The position numbers were made by a program, and so were the translations under genes. From a bacterium (GTDB taxonomy: Bacteria > Electryoneota > AABM5-125-24 > Hatepunaeales > Hatepunaeaceae): 64,000 nucleotides of DNA. Under the pieces are notes generated by a model. It had not been told where the DNA came from. It was given only the letters and a program-made list of their open reading frames with translations, and made no database searches. Shown here piece by piece: positions 60,242-64,000 of the stretch. The stretch's first letter is position 1. Each line of letters begins with the position of its first letter. The DNA lies in NCBI GenBank assembly GCA_021734165.1, contig JAIPJL010000001.1, forward strand, positions 8,792 through 72,791, in the 5' to 3' direction.

Positions 60242-60494
60242 TTATTATTTGAGTGTTATGTTCACATTTATCCGGTACAGGATCTATTCCACCGTTGGTC
60301 CATGGACCACACCTTATTATTCTTCTAACTGACAAGTAGATACCCTTAAGCAATCCATATCGATCAAGCGCCTCAATTGAGTACTGTGAGCAGGTTGGAT
60401 AAAATCTGCAGCGCGCGGTAAATAGCGGACTTATAAAACGCTGATAGCCATTAATGAGAAGAATTAGCAGTTTTGTTGTGTAACTATTCAGCAT
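60234..60494 (-). CDS. yidD: Membrane protein insertion efficiency factor YidD
   Basis: YQRFISP...[10 protein letters not shown]...RC.P...GG.DPVP. Confidence 0.93.
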   Translation of the reverse strand: MLNSYTTKLLILLINGYQRFISPLFTARCRFYPTCSQYSIEALDRYGLLKGIYLSVRRIIRCGPWTNGGIDPVPDKCEHNTQIING

Positions 60495-60854
60495 TTTCGG
60501 TACTACCAGTTCTTTTAATAACGTCATTCACTAACTGAATCACTTCTTTTTTAAGTGATTTTTCATCTATGCAGCTTTTAACCAAATACATAAGCGCACC
60601 TCGTTGGGGAAAAAGTTCCTTGTTCAAGCGAAATTCCTCGCGGATAATACGCTTGATCCGATTTCGCTGGACTGCTTTTCCTGCGCTTCGCGGTGTATTA
60701 ATGCCGATTCTAAAGGGTTTACCATCAGGTAAAAAAAAACTTTGAGGTATTTGCCGTTAATTCTCAAGCCGTGTCTGTACAGGTCATTGAAAATTTTTCG
60801 ACCCTTCAAGCGGCAGCTTTTCGGTAAGCTGTTATCCGTGACGCTGCATCTCAT
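60484..60854 (-). CDS. rnpA: RNase P protein component, frameshifted at a T9 run in this sequence
   Basis: N-terminal LPKSCRLK...F..LY..G in one frame; [14 protein letters not shown] motif in the shifted frame after A9 at 60731-60739. Confidence 0.88.
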
Positions 60855-60990
60855 CAGATACTGTCAGACGTTTTCTGCCTTTCGCGCGTCTGCGAGAGAG
60901 CAATTTTCTTCCATTACGAGTACTCATTTTTTCTCTGAAACCGTGTTTATTACGTCTTTTACGGTTTGATGGTTGAAATGTTCGTTTCAT
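60832..60990 (-). CDS. rpmH: 50S ribosomal protein L34
   Basis: Manual translation [52 protein letters not shown]. Confidence 0.97.
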   Translation of the reverse strand: MKRTFQPSNRKRRNKHGFREKMSTRNGRKLLSRRRAKGRKRLTVSDEMQRHG

Positions 60991-61104
60991 GTGTTACTTT
61001 CTATTTTATTTTTTATCTACTTTTGTTTCATTAGGATAACATTCCTGTTTGTCAATGAACTTCACTTTCACGGTGAATTATAATCACAAGCAGGAATACT
61101 TGTT

Positions 61105-62589
61105 CTACTGCTTTTTGTTAGTTTCTATCCATTTTACAGCGTTTTCAAGTCGCCTGATTACCGTTTCTTTTCTCAGCACTTCCAGCATTTCAAATAATCC
61201 CGGACCTCCGGTTAGACCGGAACATGCCAGTCTTAAGGGATGTATCAACTTGCCTGCCGATACTTCCCATTCATCAGAGCGAGTCCTGATTACATTTTCA
61301 ATGGACTCAATATCGAAATTCTCAAGCAGGTTAAAATCATCTATCAAGACATTTAGTCTTTTAATTACATCATCATCATTAAAAAAGTGTTTTCTGGTGC
61401 CTTTCACATCATAGCTAACCGGATCTTTAAACATATAATTGCCATCGTTAAACAGGTCTTTTAGAAAATAAATCCTATTATGGAGTAAATTCCAGGCGTC
61501 TTCTATCTTTATACTATCAGGAATATAATCAATAATTCCGTTTTCAAAAGCCGATTCGGCATAAAGTTTGAGTTGTTCTGCATGATCGGCATAAGAAGCG
61601 TTACCGATGTATTGACCATTCAGCCAACGCAGTTTCTTTTCATCAAATACAGCGCCCTTAGATTGAATTCCTGATATATTAAATAAATCTATTAATTCCT
61701 GACGACAGATAAAATCGCGATCATCGCCGGGTGACCAGCCAAGCAACCCTATATAATTAATCATCGTTTCGACAAGATAACCTTCTTCATTGTATGATGT
61801 AATCGAAACAGCGCCGTGACGCTTAGACAGCCGTTTTTTATCAGGACCAAGTATTAATGGTAAGTGCGCAAATTCAGGATGCTTAAAACCAAGCGCTTTA
61901 TAAAGCAGTATCTGCTTTGGTGTATTAGAAATATGATCATCGCCGCGGATAATGTGAGAAATTTTCATGTCAGCGTCGTCAACCACTACTGCAAGCATGT
62001 AAGTTGGCGTACCGTTGCGTCTCAGCAGCACGAGGTCATCGATCTCCTGACAAGACACTTTAATTTCACCGTGTACGCCATCCGTGAAAGCGACTTCACC
62101 GTCCGGTATCTTGAGTCTTATTGCAAAGCTCTCATTGTTTGATAGTTTTGCTTCAATTTCTTCTGGTGAAAGCTTCAGACAATGTCGATCATACATGTAC
62201 ATTTTATTATCAACAGGCGCAGCTTCCCGGCGTTTAGCGATCTCCTCTGGAGTACAGAAACAACGATAAGCGCTGCCGTTCTCAAGGAGTTTGTTCGCAG
62301 CAGCAATATGATTATTTATTCTTTTACTCTGGAAAACAGGCTCTTCGTCAGGACTTATTCCAAGCCATTCGAGCCCATTTAAAATGACCTTGATTGCCTC
62401 TGGCGTCGAACGTTTTTCATCTGTATCTTCAATTCTAAGCAGGTAGTTACCACCGTAATGCTTAGCAAAAAAGTAATTAAACAGAGCGGTTCTGACGCCT
62501 CCCACATGAAGATCTCCGGTTGGGCTGGGAGCGAATCTAACCCTGACCTCACCCTGGCTTTTAAGCTTATTTGTTTTCAATTCTGCCAT
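61105..62589 (-). CDS. gltX: Glutamate--tRNA ligase
   Basis: RFAPSPTGDLHVGG, RIEDTD, IRGDDH, LSKRHG. Confidence 0.96.
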   Translation of the reverse strand: MAELKTNKLKSQGEVRVRFAPSPTGDLHVGGVRTALFNYFFAKHYGGNYLLRIEDTDEKRSTPEAIKVILNGLEWLGISPDEEPVFQSKRINNHIAAANKLLENGSAYRCFCTPEEIAKRREAAPVDNKMYMYDRHCLKLSPEEIEAKLSNNESFAIRLKIPDGEVAFTDGVHGEIKVSCQEIDDLVLLRRNGTPTYMLAVVVDDADMKISHIIRGDDHISNTPKQILLYKALGFKHPEFAHLPLILGPDKKRLSKRHGAVSITSYNEEGYLVETMINYIGLLGWSPGDDRDFICRQELIDLFNISGIQSKGAVFDEKKLRWLNGQYIGNASYADHAEQLKLYAESAFENGIIDYIPDSIKIEDAWNLLHNRIYFLKDLFNDGNYMFKDPVSYDVKGTRKHFFNDDDVIKRLNVLIDDFNLLENFDIESIENVIRTRSDEWEVSAGKLIHPLRLACSGLTGGPGLFEMLEVLRKETVIRRLENAVKWIETNKKQ

Positions 62590-62598
62590 AACCCATTA

Positions 62599-62627
62599 AA
62601 TATATCACAATCACTCGTTGATGTCAA
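62599..62627 (-). promoter_or_regulatory. gltX promoter
   Basis: TTGACA-N17-TATATT ending 9 nt before the ATG. Confidence 0.7.
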
Positions 62628-62757
62628 GAAATGAAGAGGAGTTAAGGATGGTTAAGTCATTCAGGTCAGATTTTTATAGATTACTATCAGGTTACATAAC
62701 TACTTTGTCATCCCAAGATCGGATGAAACAGCCCGAGAAGGCCTGCTCGATAATTTG

Positions 62758-63516
62758 CTAAATCATCAAATCACCACCATTAATGTCAATTGAAGCGCCT
62801 GTAATATAAGCTGCTTCAGAGACCAGAAAACAAACAAGTTGTGCGACTTCTTCAGGCGTTCCAAGACGAGGAATAGGAAAACTATTTAAATAAGCCTGAG
62901 TTTGCTCAGGAGAGCAGTGTTGATGAACCATTTCTGTGTCTATCAATCCCGGACATATAGCATTGACCGTTATACCAAACGGTGCGACTTCCTTGGCAAC
63001 AGCCCTGGTGAAACCGAGTACTCCCGCTTTGGATGTTGTATAATGAGCGCCGCCCAGTGTGCTGACACTTCTTCCGGCAGAGGATGAAATGTTGACAATT
63101 CTGCCGAATTGTTGAGCATTCATAATGCCCAGCACAGCCTTAGTGCAGAGAAATACACCGTTAAGGTTTACATCAAGGACAAGCTTCCATTCATCGTAGT
63201 CGATGTTTTCAATCCGGCTTGTTCTTACAATACCCGCGTTGTTGACAAGTATATCTACATTCCCAAATCGCTCCATGACAATTTTAATCATGTTATTAAC
63301 GTCTTCAGATTTGGAAACATCCGCTGTAATTGCAACTCCTTTTATTCTCTCAGCAACAGAGATTGCTTTATTTTCATCGGTATCAACAACAGCAACCTGT
63401 GCACCCTTGGCAGAGAGCATTTCAGCAATGGCTCTCCCCATTCCCTGTGCTGCGCCGGTTACAATTGCGACTTTATTATTCAAATCCACTGATGGCATGA
63501 TCATTCCTGTTTTCAA
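62758..63516 (-). CDS. Short-chain dehydrogenase/reductase (FabG-like)
   Basis: TGAAQGMG, NNAG, YTTSK, PG, ITG. Confidence 0.92.
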   Translation of the reverse strand: MKTGMIMPSVDLNNKVAIVTGAAQGMGRAIAEMLSAKGAQVAVVDTDENKAISVAERIKGVAITADVSKSEDVNNMIKIVMERFGNVDILVNNAGIVRTSRIENIDYDEWKLVLDVNLNGVFLCTKAVLGIMNAQQFGRIVNISSSAGRSVSTLGGAHYTTSKAGVLGFTRAVAKEVAPFGITVNAICPGLIDTEMVHQHCSPEQTQAYLNSFPIPRLGTPEEVAQLVCFLVSEAAYITGASIDINGGDLMI

Positions 63517-63769
63517 TTTTATTTATGTAATTAAAAATAAGAATTATCTAATTAAAAAGTATGAGAAACTATCGTATTATTTACTACAAAGTGAGATTTT
63601 CTTGATACATTATGAGTGAAAACAAATTCGATATTCAGCTTAACGCAAATCCGTTAAATTATACTTGCTTACACATAACTTACGCATTAGCTTCCTGTCA
63701 TTGTTGAATCTTTGGTGTAAATAGCTAAATAAAAATGTTCATTACATACAACAAACGGAGGTTGTTAAC

Positions 63770-64000
63770 ATGAGAACCTACATAGTGCTACTTTCCTTTA
63801 CTGAAGAGGGTGTGAGGCAGGTTGGAAAAAGTGTCAAACGTCATACGGCATTTAAAAAACTTGCTGAGGAGAATGGGATCATCATTAAGGAGACATTCTG
63901 GCTAAACGGTCCTTATGATGTTTTACATGTAATTGAGACTGAAACAGAGAAAGCAGCGATGGTGCATTCACTTAGTCTCGCTTCTACCGGCAATGTAAGG
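63770..64000 (+). CDS. GYD-domain protein, partial; runs off the window
   Basis: GGAGG RBS; MRTYIVLLSFTEEG...FWLNGPYDV...GNVR. Confidence 0.82.
   Translation, partial: MRTYIVLLSFTEEGVRQVGKSVKRHTAFKKLAEENGIIIKETFWLNGPYDVLHVIETETEKAAMVHSLSLASTGNVR

Noticed and set aside
62628..62757. tRNA next to gltX
   Set aside because: No cloverleaf, T-loop (GTTCRA) or CCA recognisable

Overview
A 64-kb bacterial chromosomal window spanning the replication origin. The Gram-negative envelope genes and several secreted proteins with 'YPNPFN' C-terminal sorting domains suggest an FCB-related lineage (inference only). Core content: dnaA-oriC-dnaN-dciA-gyrB; gyrA-rex 24 kb away on the opposite strand; rpmH-rnpA-yidD-yidC-mnmE-mnmG-rsmG with a parS palindrome; gltX, ackA, kdsD, waaA, a GT9 gene, rlmD and mazG. 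Accessory content: two ABC-ATPase + nuclease-like gene pairs flanking the origin, an AlbA_2/Schlafen-HATPase-wHTH gene with a MITE-truncated paralog, three large secreted proteins, and several families of short REP-like palindromes. Most notable observations: (1) a three-copy non-coding element of fixed geometry (2+3 inverted CGTCAC boxes around an invariant 40-bp spacer), which in two copies carries a conserved promoter; (2) an AT-rich XRE-pyrF operon carrying two atypical PRTase-fold proteins, one membrane-anchored and apparently inactive; (3) a different 11-bp-period repeat array behind each of the two wHTH paralogs; (4) non-canonical DnaA boxes together with a substituted DnaA signature; (5) a frameshifted rnpA; (6) several apparent pseudo-enzymes. 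No rRNA, tRNA or CRISPR array was recognised. All calls come from reading the sequence; no database search was run.
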